Shown: positions 8,661-19,168 of the stretch, piece after piece | How positions within the stretch are numbered: position 1 is the stretch's first letter | Layout of the letters: the number at the start of each line of letters is the position of its first letter | Assembly (NCBI GenBank): GCA_016787665.1 | Contig: JAEUUC010000009.1 | Location: 131,744 to 195,743, forward strand | Source of the DNA: Cyclobacteriaceae bacterium | Lineage (GTDB): Bacteria > Bacteroidota > Bacteroidia > Cytophagales > Cyclobacteriaceae | DNA length: 64,000 nucleotides | Direction of reading: 5' to 3' | The notes under the pieces: generated by a model | The model's database searches: none | Seen by the model: only the letters and a program-made list of their open reading frames with translations | What the model was told of the DNA's origin: nothing | Position numbers and translations under genes: made by a program

Positions 8661-11255
8661 ATGAGCAGGTTTTGGGCGGGTTTAGGTTCACTGGCAGCGT
8701 GCTTCGCATGGCTTATCGCAGCCTCGTGTTCCTCCAATCAAAATACCGTAACGGCCGACTTCTTCCACAACACCACCGCTCATTACAACGGCTACTTCTA
8801 TGCGCGCGAAAAAACGGTGGAGGTTGAACGGTTAATTCAGAAAAGCCTGGACGATGATCCTAACCAGATTCTGCGACTTTATCCAAAACTGGATACCGTT
8901 TTGGCCAAGACTTACGCCAAAGACACGGAGGAAATCATCAAGATGGCTTCCATCTCCATCCAGCGGCATCCCAACAGCAAGTGGGTTGACGATAATTATG
9001 TGTTGGTAGGCCTGGCACGGCTTTACGCGTGCGATTGGGAAAACGCCATTCAAACGTTCAAGTACGTAAACACCAAAAGCAACGATGCGGCTGTCCGCCA
9101 TAAGGCGCTTGTGCACTTGCTGCGCACCTTCACCGAAATGGGTGAGTATGATAAGGCAGAAGAAGTGGGTGCTTTTTTGGAAAAGCAAAAGCTGGAGCGC
9201 GAAACGCAAAAGAATTTCTATCTGAACAAAGCGTACTACTTCCAGGTGCGCAACAACTACGACTACATGGTGCGCAGCCTGACCCAGGCCGATTCGTTGC
9301 TCAGCCGCACCGACCGAAAGGGACGAATTTATTTCCTCATCGGCCAGATTTACCAGCAACTTGGATTCAGCTCGCTGGCGTACAATTATTACCGCAAGTG
9401 CCTGTCCACCAACCCCGATTACGAGATTGACTTCTATGCTCGTCTCAATATGGCACAGGTTGCCCAACTCAATGACTCCCGGAGCGTGCGCACCGTACGA
9501 AAGCAGTTCGAAAAAATGCTAACCGACTCCAAGAATGCCGAATTCGTGGATAAGATCTATTACGAGTTGGGTGAATTTGAACGGAAGCAGGGCAACCTGC
9601 CGCAAGCGCTCGATGACTTTGAATTGGCGGCCCATAGCGGCACCAACAAGCGGGTTCAGGGTCAATCCTTCCTGCGCATGGGGCAAATCTATTTTGATTC
9701 GCTCCAACGCTATACGCTCGCCAAGAATTACTACGACAGTGCGGTTCAGGCGCTGCCGCGCGATTTCGAAAACCTTGACGCGATAAAAAAGCGACAGGAG
9801 ATTTTGGGTGAATTTGCCCTGCACACCGAAACCATAATCTGGAACGACAGCCTGCTGACCATGGCCGCTATGGATTCGCTGTCACTTCGTCACGTACTGG
9901 ACTCGGTGGTGGCTGCCCGCCAAAAACCGGTTGTCACTTCGAAGAAAAAGCGAAAACGAAATACAGGCGGGCCAGCCGCAGCCGGTCCCCAAAGCGAATT
10001 CTTTCGTCAACTGAATCAAGATGATAACACTACGGTTGCCGACTGGTATTTCGGGAACCCCAGTGCGGTAGCGCTGGGTCAGTCGGAGTTCCAGCGCATC
10101 TGGGGCAACATAACATTGGAGGACAACTGGAGACGCTCCAACAAGGCAGCCGAACAATTAAGCGGCCCACAGGTAGCCGACACAGAGCCCGTGGCGAAAG
10201 ACTCCGTGGCGGAGATAGCCAAAACGGAAACCACAGCGGTTGACGAAGTGGGTAGGGTTTTCGCGCAACTGCCCCGAACGGACAAGCAGGTTAAAGAGGC
10301 GAACGGCAAAATCGAAGAAGCCTATTTCCGGCTGGGCGACTTATACTATTTCCAGTTGCTGGAGAAAGAAAACGCAGCCGAGTCGTATGAGAAACTGCTC
10401 AACCGGTATCCGCAATCCGCGCGCGTACCCGAAACGCTATACAAACTCTACCTGATTGAAAAAGAAAAAGGTAGTGATAAAGCCGAGCTGTACGCACAAC
10501 GGCTGAAAGATCAATATCCCAACTCAACCTTTACACGCATTCTGATTAATCCGGATTACCTGAAAGAAACCAGCGTGGCGGCCGAGAAGCAGAAGATGAT
10601 TTACAAGGAGGCCTATACGTATTACCAGGAGAATAACTTGCGCCTGGCACGTGCACGCCTCGAAGAGGCAACCGCGCTGGGCGAAACCTTCTTTTCGCCC
10701 CAACTGGAGCTTTTGGGGATATTACTCACCGGCAAGACGGAAGACATTGCCCGCTACCAGTATGAGCTGGGCGAGTTTGAAAAGAAATATGCCGAAACCG
10801 ATTTGGGTCGTTATGCCGGGCAGTTATTGGCCACTTCGCGCGCGTTAACCGAACGGCTGGAGAAAGCCAAGGGCATTAAGTTCATTGAATCGTTCAACGA
10901 ACCGCACTACTTTGTGGTCATCTATAAAACGGCCGACCGGCTGACGAATGCTGTAGCCACGGCAATTGACCGCTTCAATTCCGCCCAGTGGAAGGAAAAA
11001 AATCTGCAAACAAGCAGCCTCGTGCTGAGCGATGAACTGGTGCTCACCCTGGTACAACCGTTGGCCGACCAACAAGAAGCTCTGGCGTATTTCGATAAGT
11101 TTCGCAGCCAGATCGAAAAGCAGCCGCCCTTTTCGATGTATAAATTCAATACCTTTGTTATCACCAAAGACAACTTCCAGATTTTTTATAAAAACAAGGC
11201 GCTGGATGAGTACCTCACCTTCTTCGACCGGAACTATCAAAACCAAACTCCGTAA
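8661..11255 (+). CDS. Large TPR-repeat lipoprotein (SprE/PorW-like architecture, unverified)
   Basis: ATG at 8661 gives MSRFWAGLGSLAACFAWLIAASCSSNQ (lipoprotein signal). The ~865-aa body has many TPR-like helical repeats (for example YYELGEFERKQGNLPQALDDFELAA and AYFRLGDLYYFQLLEKENAAESYEKLLNRYPQS). The ORF-track start at 8490 overlaps the divergent M23 gene. Confidence 0.8.
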   Translation: MSRFWAGLGSLAACFAWLIAASCSSNQNTVTADFFHNTTAHYNGYFYAREKTVEVERLIQKSLDDDPNQILRLYPKLDTVLAKTYAKDTEEIIKMASISIQRHPNSKWVDDNYVLVGLARLYACDWENAIQTFKYVNTKSNDAAVRHKALVHLLRTFTEMGEYDKAEEVGAFLEKQKLERETQKNFYLNKAYYFQVRNNYDYMVRSLTQADSLLSRTDRKGRIYFLIGQIYQQLGFSSLAYNYYRKCLSTNPDYEIDFYARLNMAQVAQLNDSRSVRTVRKQFEKMLTDSKNAEFVDKIYYELGEFERKQGNLPQALDDFELAAHSGTNKRVQGQSFLRMGQIYFDSLQRYTLAKNYYDSAVQALPRDFENLDAIKKRQEILGEFALHTETIIWNDSLLTMAAMDSLSLRHVLDSVVAARQKPVVTSKKKRKRNTGGPAAAGPQSEFFRQLNQDDNTTVADWYFGNPSAVALGQSEFQRIWGNITLEDNWRRSNKAAEQLSGPQVADTEPVAKDSVAEIAKTETTAVDEVGRVFAQLPRTDKQVKEANGKIEEAYFRLGDLYYFQLLEKENAAESYEKLLNRYPQSARVPETLYKLYLIEKEKGSDKAELYAQRLKDQYPNSTFTRILINPDYLKETSVAAEKQKMIYKEAYTYYQENNLRLARARLEEATALGETFFSPQLELLGILLTGKTEDIARYQYELGEFEKKYAETDLGRYAGQLLATSRALTERLEKAKGIKFIESFNEPHYFVVIYKTADRLTNAVATAIDRFNSAQWKEKNLQTSSLVLSDELVLTLVQPLADQQEALAYFDKFRSQIEKQPPFSMYKFNTFVITKDNFQIFYKNKALDEYLTFFDRNYQNQTP

Positions 11256-13545
11256 ACTGCTGGACATCCGAAAACGCTGGGTGTCTAACGTGATCAAGTA
11301 CATCTGGATTATTTTTCTCTGCTTCCTACTCGGTCTTCCCTTATTTTTATATACCGTAAGCATTGATCTGCTCGGGTTGTATGGGGGCATGCCCAGCCTG
11401 AAAGAAATCGAAAACCCGGAAAACGATCTCTCGTCTGAATTGATTTCCGCAGACGGAGTATCCCTTGGTCGTTACTTCCGCTACAACCGCAGTCAGGTTA
11501 CGTACGACCAACTCTCTCCGGACCTGATCAACACGCTGCTGATCTCGGAAGACCACCGGTTTCATCAACATTCAGGTCTGGATTTTCTAGCTTACCTCCG
11601 GGTGATCTATGGATTGCTGACCTTCAATCCGCAGGGTGGGGGAAGCACCATTACCCAACAACTGGCCAAAAACCTGTTTACCATGAACCCCGACAAAAGC
11701 CTGGACGGACACCTGGCTGGCCTGGGGAGTTACCCGAGACGACTCATTCAAAAAAGCAAAGAGTGGATTATCTCCGTGTCGCTGGAGCGCAACTTCACCA
11801 AAGAAGAAATCATTGCCTTGTATCTGAACACCTGCGATTTCAGCAGCAACGCGTTTGGCATCAAGGTAGCCTCGGAGACTTACTTCAACAAACCGCAAGA
11901 CAGCCTCAACCTGCAGGAGTCGGCCATTCTGGTGGGCATGCTGCAAGCGCCTTCGAAGTTTAATCCGTATCGAAACCCGAACAATGCACTGAAGGTGCGC
12001 AACGAAGTGCTCAGCAAAGTGTACCGCCACGGCTATAAAATAAAAACGCGCGAGCAATACGATTCGATCACTGCGTTGCCGATTGAATTGGACTACAACG
12101 TGCAAAACCAAAACGAAGGCCTCGCCACCTACTTTCGCACCGTTGCCAGCAGCTACCTGATGGCCTATTGCAAGGAAAAAGGAATTGACCTGTGGAACTC
12201 GGGGTTAAAAATTTACACCACCATTGACAGTAAGTTGCAGCGCTATGCCGAAGAGGCTATGAACGAACACATGGCCGTGCTGCAACAGCAATTTTTTGAC
12301 GAGTGGGCAAAACGCAAACGTAATCCGTGGGTAAACGAAGACGGCCAGGAAATCAAAACCTTTCTTCAAACCCGGATCAAGCAGACTGACACCTACAAAA
12401 GCCTGGTTACCAAATACGGGGAAGGCCATGATTCAGTCAAAATCATGCTCAATCTGAAAAAGCCGATGACCATTTTCACCTGGAAGGGCGAGCGCGATAC
12501 CTTGTTCAGCAGCATGGATTCGCTGAATTACTATAAGCGTTTTCTTCAAAGTGGTATGATGGCCATGGATCCCAACACCGGTCACATTAAAGTCTGGGTG
12601 GGCGGCTTTAACCATAAATTCTTCAAATTCGACCACGTGAAGTTAGGCAAGCGGCAACCGGGTTCTACGTTCAAGCCTTTTGTTTACGGACTGGCGATGG
12701 AGTCCGGAATCTCGCCCTGCGAAATCAAAACGGATATTTCACCGCCCTTTTCACTACCCGAAGGTGGCACCTGGCAACCGAAAAATTTTGACGGGTCGTT
12801 TGGTGACGGGTCTAAGATGACCCTGCGCCAGGCCATGGCCCGTTCCGTTAACTCCATAACTGCGCAACTCATGCAGGAGTTGGGCATGCAAAATGTGGTT
12901 CGCTTTGCGCATGATGTAGGTATTGAAAGTGAACTGGCTGCCGTGCCTTCGCTGTGCCTGGGCACCAGCGATGTTTCCTTGTTTGAGCTGACGGCTGCCT
13001 ACTGCACATTTGTCAACTCGGGCATTTATACCGAACCTTTTTTTATCACGCGCATTGAAGATAAAAATGGAAATGTGATCGAGAACTTTGTTCCCAAAAC
13101 GCGGCAAGCAATTGACGAGCAAACGGCCTTCAAAATGATTTACATGCTGAAGGGTGGTGTTGAGGAAGAAGGGGGAACCTCAGGTGGACTACCGTATGAA
13201 CTGAAGGTAGACAATGAGTTGGGTGGCAAAACCGGCACAACCAATGATGCCAGCGATGGTTGGTACGTTGGATGCACACACGACCTGGTATCGGGTGTGT
13301 GGGTAGGTGGCGATGAACGGTCCGTTCACTTCCCCACATGGGGTTTGGGCTCGGGTGCAAAATCAGCGCGCCCCATTTGGAGCAAATTCATGTTAAAAGC
13401 CTATGCCGACCCGAACTCCGGACTGGTGAAAGGCCAGTTCAAACGTCCGAGTAGTGGCGTGGATATGTCCCTCGACTGCAGCCGCCTGATCATTCCTTCG
13501 GACACCGTAAAAGTGGATGAAGAGCCGTGGGACATTGATAATTAA
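11206..13545 (+). CDS. Penicillin-binding protein 1A (bifunctional transglycosylase/transpeptidase)
   Basis: GT51 motifs EDHRFHQHSGLD and GGSTITQQLAKN. Transpeptidase motifs STFK, SVN and KTGT. Start is uncertain: the ATG at 11206 overlaps the upstream gene by 50 nt, and the GTG at 11281 is an alternative. Confidence 0.9.
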   Translation: MSTSPSSTGTIKTKLRKLLDIRKRWVSNVIKYIWIIFLCFLLGLPLFLYTVSIDLLGLYGGMPSLKEIENPENDLSSELISADGVSLGRYFRYNRSQVTYDQLSPDLINTLLISEDHRFHQHSGLDFLAYLRVIYGLLTFNPQGGGSTITQQLAKNLFTMNPDKSLDGHLAGLGSYPRRLIQKSKEWIISVSLERNFTKEEIIALYLNTCDFSSNAFGIKVASETYFNKPQDSLNLQESAILVGMLQAPSKFNPYRNPNNALKVRNEVLSKVYRHGYKIKTREQYDSITALPIELDYNVQNQNEGLATYFRTVASSYLMAYCKEKGIDLWNSGLKIYTTIDSKLQRYAEEAMNEHMAVLQQQFFDEWAKRKRNPWVNEDGQEIKTFLQTRIKQTDTYKSLVTKYGEGHDSVKIMLNLKKPMTIFTWKGERDTLFSSMDSLNYYKRFLQSGMMAMDPNTGHIKVWVGGFNHKFFKFDHVKLGKRQPGSTFKPFVYGLAMESGISPCEIKTDISPPFSLPEGGTWQPKNFDGSFGDGSKMTLRQAMARSVNSITAQLMQELGMQNVVRFAHDVGIESELAAVPSLCLGTSDVSLFELTAAYCTFVNSGIYTEPFFITRIEDKNGNVIENFVPKTRQAIDEQTAFKMIYMLKGGVEEEGGTSGGLPYELKVDNELGGKTGTTNDASDGWYVGCTHDLVSGVWVGGDERSVHFPTWGLGSGAKSARPIWSKFMLKAYADPNSGLVKGQFKRPSSGVDMSLDCSRLIIPSDTVKVDEEPWDIDN

Positions 13546-14264
13546 TCTACGTGACCAGGAAGCCTTTCCGCGGAATGCCCCTTCCACCGGAGATCAAACA
13601 AAAAAGAAATCTGAAAAAAGCTTCGGCCGATTTCATCTATTAGGCGGTAATCAAACTGCTGCATGTATCCGGTTTGCAGCGTCAGGCTTTCCGTCATTTT
13701 ACGCCCCACACCCATGAAGAAACGATTGCGCTCAAAGTAAGGCGCCTGATTCGTGAAAAATATCTCGTTTGAAAAATTCAAATACCATACGCCCGGTACC
13801 ACCTGTTGCTGTTTACCCAGCGGAATAACGGCATTGAGCCGATACCGAAAGCGATGCCGGAAGCCCGTTTGTGTCCACCGCTGCTCCGCCCGGTACCGAT
13901 GTTCAAATTTCACCCGTTGGTAGTACTGCTTCATCGTCAGCTGTTCCCACAAACGCTCTTCATCACTCAATTTGGGATCTTCAAACGAACCGCCCGGGCT
14001 ATACGTATTGTAGCTGCCGCCCGCCAAGGCTACCGAGAAATTCTTATCGAGGTTGTATTGAATTCCTCCTTTAACTTCGTAGTAGTGAAAATCCTGATAA
14101 AACTTAAGCGAACGAATCTGCCCTTCCGCAAACACCACCCACTTATCGTTCACCTTAACCGAGGCGTTCAGGATACTCCAACTCCCCAAATCGCTGAACT
14201 GGTCGGATTGGGCTGGGGCTTCAAAAGGCCAAAAAAGAAGCAGCAGAAGGTAATTGCGTTTCAC
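13542..14264 (-). CDS. DUF2490-family putative outer-membrane protein
   Basis: Body LGSWSILNASVKVNDKW...RLWEQLTMKQYYQRVKFEHRYRAEQRW...FRYRLN matches DUF2490 as I remember the family. I chose the GTG at 14264 (VKRNYLLLLLFWPFEAPAQS signal). The ORF-track start at 14354 would overlap the divergent uvrC start. Confidence 0.65.
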   Translation of the reverse strand: MKRNYLLLLLFWPFEAPAQSDQFSDLGSWSILNASVKVNDKWVVFAEGQIRSLKFYQDFHYYEVKGGIQYNLDKNFSVALAGGSYNTYSPGGSFEDPKLSDEERLWEQLTMKQYYQRVKFEHRYRAEQRWTQTGFRHRFRYRLNAVIPLGKQQQVVPGVWYLNFSNEIFFTNQAPYFERNRFFMGVGRKMTESLTLQTGYMQQFDYRLIDEIGRSFFQISFLFDLRWKGHSAERLPGHVD

Positions 14265-14320
14265 GTGCGGCCGGTAGGCCGAAAGTAAGCAAATGGGTGA
14301 TATTCCGCTATTTTTGAGCG

Positions 14321-16096
14321 GTGAAAGAGGAGTTGCGCTATCAGGTAACGTCATTGCCCGACCAGCCCGGGGTGTATCGATTTTATGACCGCGAAGCCCG
14401 GTTGATTTACGTTGGTAAGGCCAAGAGTCTAAAGAAGCGCGTTAGCTCTTATTTCAACAAGCAAAGCCAGTACAACCGCAAAACCGAAAAACTGGTTTCC
14501 GAAATCGATCGCCTTGAATTTACCATCACCCATTCGGAGTTTGACTCCCTCCTGCTGGAAAACAATCTGATCAAAGAAAACCAGCCGAAATACAACATCC
14601 TGCTGAAGGACGACAAGACCTTTCCCTACCTCTGCATCTTAAAAGAACGATTCCCCCGAATTATCTACACCCGAAAATATCTACCCAAACAAGGCGAGTA
14701 CTTCGGGCCCTACACCAGCGTAGCCTCCATGAAAGCCGTTCTGGAATTGGTTCGCCAACTCTACTCCATTCGCACGTGCAGCTTGCTGCTCTCAGAAGAG
14801 AATATTCAACAAAAAAAGTTTAAAGTCTGCCTGGAGTATCACATCGGAAACTGTCGCGGACCCTGCGAAGGCTTGCAGGAAGAAACCAGTTATCTGGAAG
14901 ACATTGCGCAGGCCCGCAATGTCTTGAAAGGCGACTTGAGTATTGTGGAAGAGACCTTTGCCGCACGCATGCAGGCCGCAGCCGAAAAATTCGAATTTGA
15001 AATTGCCGCTCGCTTCAAACATAAGCTCGATTTGTTGGAAAAATTCCAGACGAAGTCGCTCGTGGTTAACCGAAAACTCACCGATATTGATGTGATCAGC
15101 ATCGCCAGTTCCGAAACCGAGGCATTTCTCAATTATATGATGGTGAAGGAGGGTGCCATCGTGTTCTCCAAGAATGTTGAAGTGAAAAAGAAACTCGATG
15201 AAACGGACAGCGACCTGGCCAGCCTGGTGCTCGTGAACCTGCGGGCAGAGTGCCGGAGCACGAACCCTGTAGTCTTCAGCAACGTGGCGTTGGCTGTGGA
15301 GATGAGCGATCTGGAAATTGTGGTGCCCCAGATTGGCGACAAGCGTAAACTGGTTGCGCTCTCACTCAAAAACGCGTTGTTTGCCAAACAAAAAAAGCAA
15401 ACCGAAAAAGAAGAAAAGAAGTCAAAGAAGAATGAGGTGCTGCACATCCTCCAGAAAGACCTTCGCCTTACCACCTTTCCAAAAGTCATTGAGTGCTTCG
15501 ACAACTCCAATTTTCAGGGGACCACGCCCGTTGCCGCAATGGTTCGCTTTGTGGATGGCCAACCGAACAAGGGCGGTTACCGGCACTTCAACATTAAAAC
15601 GGTGGAAGGCCCCGATGACTTTGCTTCGATGAAAGAAATTGTTACCCGCAGGTACAAGCGCATCATGGAAGAACAAGGTGAGTTTCCCAACCTGATTGTA
15701 GTGGACGGGGGCAAAGGTCAACTCAGCAGCGCGTGCGAGGCTTTGCAGGCATTGGGGCTCTACGGAAAAATCCCCATCGTGGGAATTGCCAAAAAGCTGG
15801 AGGAGATTTATTACCCAGAGGATCCGTTACCGCTGCACATCAGTAAAAAATCACCCGGTTTGTTGTTGTTGCAGCGCATCCGGGATGAGGCCCATCGGTT
15901 TGCCATTACGTTTCACCGTCAAAAGCGCAGCTCAGCCACGTTTGTAACGGAATTGGAGGGCATACCCGGGATTGGAAAGAAAACAACGGACAAGCTCCTG
16001 GCTCATTTCAAATCCGTGAAAAAAATAAAAGAGGCAAGTCTGGAAGAACTCACCTCTCTGGTGGGTGAAAAGACAGCCCGGAAAATACTGGGGTAA
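14321..16096 (+). CDS. uvrC: Excinuclease ABC subunit C
   Basis: 591 aa with a GTG start. GIY-YIG N-terminus (PGVYRFYDREARLIYVGKAKSLKKRV), a UvrBC-interaction region, and an endonuclease/HhH C-terminus (IPGIGKKTTDKLLAHFKSVKKIKEASLEEL). Confidence 0.95.
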   Translation: MKEELRYQVTSLPDQPGVYRFYDREARLIYVGKAKSLKKRVSSYFNKQSQYNRKTEKLVSEIDRLEFTITHSEFDSLLLENNLIKENQPKYNILLKDDKTFPYLCILKERFPRIIYTRKYLPKQGEYFGPYTSVASMKAVLELVRQLYSIRTCSLLLSEENIQQKKFKVCLEYHIGNCRGPCEGLQEETSYLEDIAQARNVLKGDLSIVEETFAARMQAAAEKFEFEIAARFKHKLDLLEKFQTKSLVVNRKLTDIDVISIASSETEAFLNYMMVKEGAIVFSKNVEVKKKLDETDSDLASLVLVNLRAECRSTNPVVFSNVALAVEMSDLEIVVPQIGDKRKLVALSLKNALFAKQKKQTEKEEKKSKKNEVLHILQKDLRLTTFPKVIECFDNSNFQGTTPVAAMVRFVDGQPNKGGYRHFNIKTVEGPDDFASMKEIVTRRYKRIMEEQGEFPNLIVVDGGKGQLSSACEALQALGLYGKIPIVGIAKKLEEIYYPEDPLPLHISKKSPGLLLLQRIRDEAHRFAITFHRQKRSSATFVTELEGIPGIGKKTTDKLLAHFKSVKKIKEASLEELTSLVGEKTARKILG

Positions 16097-16107
16097 AGGA
16101 ACAAAAA

Positions 16108-16154
16108 CCGGATTCCCGATCGTGAATGTTCTGCATTCCGCATCAGGAATCCGG
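16108..16154 (-). terminator. Nested hairpin between the convergent uvrC and peptidase genes
   Basis: Outer stem ccggattcc (16108-16116) / ggaatccgg (16146-16154) and inner stem gaatg (16124-16128) / cattc (16134-16138). The minus-strand version is followed by uuuuugu (plus-strand 16101-16107). Confidence 0.4.
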
Positions 16155-16167
16155 CATTTAATCATGC

Positions 16168-18297
16168 CTACATTTTCTCTTTCGCAATGGGCGGCAACAC
16201 GCCCATGTTGTACCAGGCAAAGGAATAGTAATCCGCGATCAAGTCCATGTTTTTGGTAATGTTGGACGAGCCGTGGGCGGAGTTTACATCAATGCGAATC
16301 AGGGTCGGGTTATCCCCGCCCTGATTTTCCTGCAAGGAAGCCGCAAACTTAAAACTGTGTGCGGGCACAACGCGATCATCGTGATCGGCCGTAGTGATCA
16401 ACGTGGCCGGATACTTCACACCGGGCTTCAACGCGTGGACGGGCGAATAGGCTTTCAGGTATTCAAACATCTCCTTTGAATCCTCAGCCGTGCCGTAGTC
16501 GGTTGCCCAGGCTGCTCCGATCGTAAACTTATGATACCGAAGCATGTCCAGCACGCCCACTTGCGGCACCGCCACTTTGGCGAGGTCGGGCCGCTGGGTC
16601 ATCACCGCCCCGACTAGCAAACCCCCGTTTGAGCCTCCGTTGATGGCCAAATACTCACTTGATGTATACTTCTCTTTAATTAGGTACTCACCGGCAGAAA
16701 TGAAATCGTCAAAAACGTTTTGCTTATTCATCTTAGTGCCCGCCTGGTGCCATTTCTCGCCATACTCGCCTCCGCCACGCAGGTTGGGTTGCGCGTAAAT
16801 CCCTCCGTTTTCGAGCCACACGATTCGCGAGGTGCTGAACCCCGGAGTTAAGCTGATATTAAAGCCACCATAGGCATACAGCCAGGTGGGGTTCTTTCCG
16901 TTCAACTCAATTCCCTTCTTGTGCACGATGAACATCGGCACTTTTGTGCCATCCTTGCTGGTGTAAAACACCTGCTTGGTCTCATAATCGTCCGGATTAA
17001 ACTTAACATTTGGCCGCTCATACTCGGTTGATTTGCCGGACGCCACGTTGTATTTGAAGATTGTAGGCGGGTAGGTAAAAGATGTGAACGTGTAGTAGAC
17101 GTCCTGATCGTCCTTCCATCCGCCAAAACCCGATGCGGTACCGATCCCCGGCAGTTCTACCTCACGCTCCAGCTTACCGTTCAGGTCATACTGTTTCACT
17201 TGTGTCTTAACGTCAACGAGATAGAACGCGAAAACTTTCCCACCACCAGCCGAGGTTGTCAGTGAATTTTCAGTCTCGGGAATCAGATCTTTCCAGTTCT
17301 CGTAGGATGGATTGGCCGCATCCACCCACACCACTTTCGAGTTCGGAGCCTCGTGGTTCGTTTCGATAATCAACTTCGAGCCTTCACTTTCAATCACATT
17401 CTGGTCGCTCTCAAATCCCGTCTTGATCGGTAATATCGGGCTATTGGGTTTCGAAAGATCCTGAACATACAGTTCGTTACCCGTAGTGCTTTCAGATGTT
17501 GAGATAATCAGGTAACGTTCATCTTCTGTCAGGAAGCCGCCTACAAATCGTCTCTTTTCTTTTTCACCAAAAATCACTTTATCCTGGGAAGACGGAGTAC
17601 CGAGTTTGTGATAATACAGTTGCTGGTATTCATTGCGGGCAGCCAGGTTGCTCTTCAACCCCTCGGCAAATCGGTTAATGAAATACCCGTCATTGCCCCT
17701 CCACGAGATGCCACTCTGCTTCATATTGCGGATGGTGTCCTCCACTAGAGTTTTGTCAGAGGTACGAATCACCACCGCCTCGGCACGGTCAGCGCCACCC
17801 TTGGCAATCTGGAAAGCCAATAAGGAACCATCTTTTGAAAAAGCTAAACTGCGCATGGTAGTCGTTCCGTCTTTCGAAAATGTGTTGGGGTCAAGAAAAA
17901 CTTCAGGTGTGCCATTCTCGCCCTTTTTTCGATACAACACCGACTGATTCTGCAGTCCCGAATTCTTGTAGAAGTAATAGTATTCGCCTCGTTTGAACGG
18001 AGCCCCGAGTTTTTCATAGTCGTTTAACTCCTGCAGCCGGGCACGCACGGCATCGCGGTAAGGAATGCCTTTGAGGTACGAAAACGTCACGTCATTTTGA
18101 CGGCTGACCCAATCGGCCGTCTCTTTTGAGGTGTCGTTCTCCAGCCAGCGATACGGGTCAGCTACTGGCACACCAAAGTAAGTATCTACCGTGTCAACCT
18201 TCGCGGTAGCCGGATATTGGCTAACCTTTACCGGAGCCGGCTTTTGGCAGCCAACTGCCAGCAGCACCAGAAGTGCTATGGGAAAAATGCGCTTCAT
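16168..18297 (-). CDS. Prolyl oligopeptidase (S9A family), lipoprotein
   Basis: Catalytic Ser motif INGGSNGGLLVG, a beta-propeller N-domain and PYRWLEND near the N-terminus. I chose the ATG at 18297 (MKRIFPIALLVLLAVGC lipobox) over the ORF-track start at 18372. Confidence 0.9.
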   Translation of the reverse strand: MKRIFPIALLVLLAVGCQKPAPVKVSQYPATAKVDTVDTYFGVPVADPYRWLENDTSKETADWVSRQNDVTFSYLKGIPYRDAVRARLQELNDYEKLGAPFKRGEYYYFYKNSGLQNQSVLYRKKGENGTPEVFLDPNTFSKDGTTTMRSLAFSKDGSLLAFQIAKGGADRAEAVVIRTSDKTLVEDTIRNMKQSGISWRGNDGYFINRFAEGLKSNLAARNEYQQLYYHKLGTPSSQDKVIFGEKEKRRFVGGFLTEDERYLIISTSESTTGNELYVQDLSKPNSPILPIKTGFESDQNVIESEGSKLIIETNHEAPNSKVVWVDAANPSYENWKDLIPETENSLTTSAGGGKVFAFYLVDVKTQVKQYDLNGKLEREVELPGIGTASGFGGWKDDQDVYYTFTSFTYPPTIFKYNVASGKSTEYERPNVKFNPDDYETKQVFYTSKDGTKVPMFIVHKKGIELNGKNPTWLYAYGGFNISLTPGFSTSRIVWLENGGIYAQPNLRGGGEYGEKWHQAGTKMNKQNVFDDFISAGEYLIKEKYTSSEYLAINGGSNGGLLVGAVMTQRPDLAKVAVPQVGVLDMLRYHKFTIGAAWATDYGTAEDSKEMFEYLKAYSPVHALKPGVKYPATLITTADHDDRVVPAHSFKFAASLQENQGGDNPTLIRIDVNSAHGSSNITKNMDLIADYYSFAWYNMGVLPPIAKEKM

Positions 18298-18397
18298 ATC
18301 TTTTCGTTTAGGGCAGCGAAAGTACATTGCCGTTTGGGGATGCGCAAACCGATCGGGATAAACGAAAACCAATCACTACCTTAGATGTTTATCGGAT

Positions 18398-19168
18398 ATG
18401 ATGAATAAAGCGTTTTGGCCGATTTTGAACACCCTGGGGTTTGCCCTGGTGATCACCGTGAATGCACTCGCCAACATTCTCCCCATTAATGGCATGAACA
18501 CGGGGCAGATTTCGTCTCTGTATCCCAGTTTGTTTACACCGGCCGGTATCACGTTCAGCATCTGGAGCGTGATCTACCTGTTGTTACTTGGTTTCGTCAT
18601 CGTTCAATGGGGAACGTTGCGCCAGCAAATCTGGTTTCCCCGACTGAGCCAATGGTTTCTGATATCCTGTTTTGCCAATGCCGGTTGGATTCTGGTGTGG
18701 CACTACCTGCTGCCGGGATGGTCACTCGTGGTCATGCTGGTGCTCTGGTTCACACTCAGCCGCATCTTTATGCTGCTGCGGGCAGCGGTGGAGTTACGTG
18801 AGTCGCTTCAACGCTATCTCCAAACCACGTTCTCGGTTTACTTCGCCTGGATTTGTGTAGCTACCATTGCCAACACCTCCTGTTTGCTTATCCATTGGGA
18901 ATGGTCGGGCTACCCGCTCAGTGGTGTGATATGGACAGTCATTATGATTGCCATTGCCGCCCTGCTGGCAACAGGTATGACCTGGAGATACCGGGCATTT
19001 TCGTTCACCACAGTGGTGGCGTGGGCTATCCTGGGCATCTACTGGAGATGGGAATCATCCGCTGAGTCTACCCTTGCTGTAGCGTGTTTGTTCGCACTGG
19101 GTTTGCTCACGGGCCAAACCATTGCGTTTTTCGCGAAGCACGGAAAAAAGGTCTTCATGGCTGTTTAA
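18398..19168 (+). CDS. Tryptophan-rich multi-pass membrane protein, TspO/MBR-related
   Basis: 256 aa. N-terminus LVITVNALANILPINGMNTGQISSLYPSLFTPAGITFSIWSVIYLLL resembles long TspO/MBR-like proteins. Many Trp residues across about 7 hydrophobic helices. Confidence 0.55.
   Translation: MMNKAFWPILNTLGFALVITVNALANILPINGMNTGQISSLYPSLFTPAGITFSIWSVIYLLLLGFVIVQWGTLRQQIWFPRLSQWFLISCFANAGWILVWHYLLPGWSLVVMLVLWFTLSRIFMLLRAAVELRESLQRYLQTTFSVYFAWICVATIANTSCLLIHWEWSGYPLSGVIWTVIMIAIAALLATGMTWRYRAFSFTTVVAWAILGIYWRWESSAESTLAVACLFALGLLTGQTIAFFAKHGKKVFMAV

Noticed and set aside
8832-9467. 211-aa minus-strand ORF
   Set aside because: Antisense to the TPR lipoprotein gene. Low-complexity composition.
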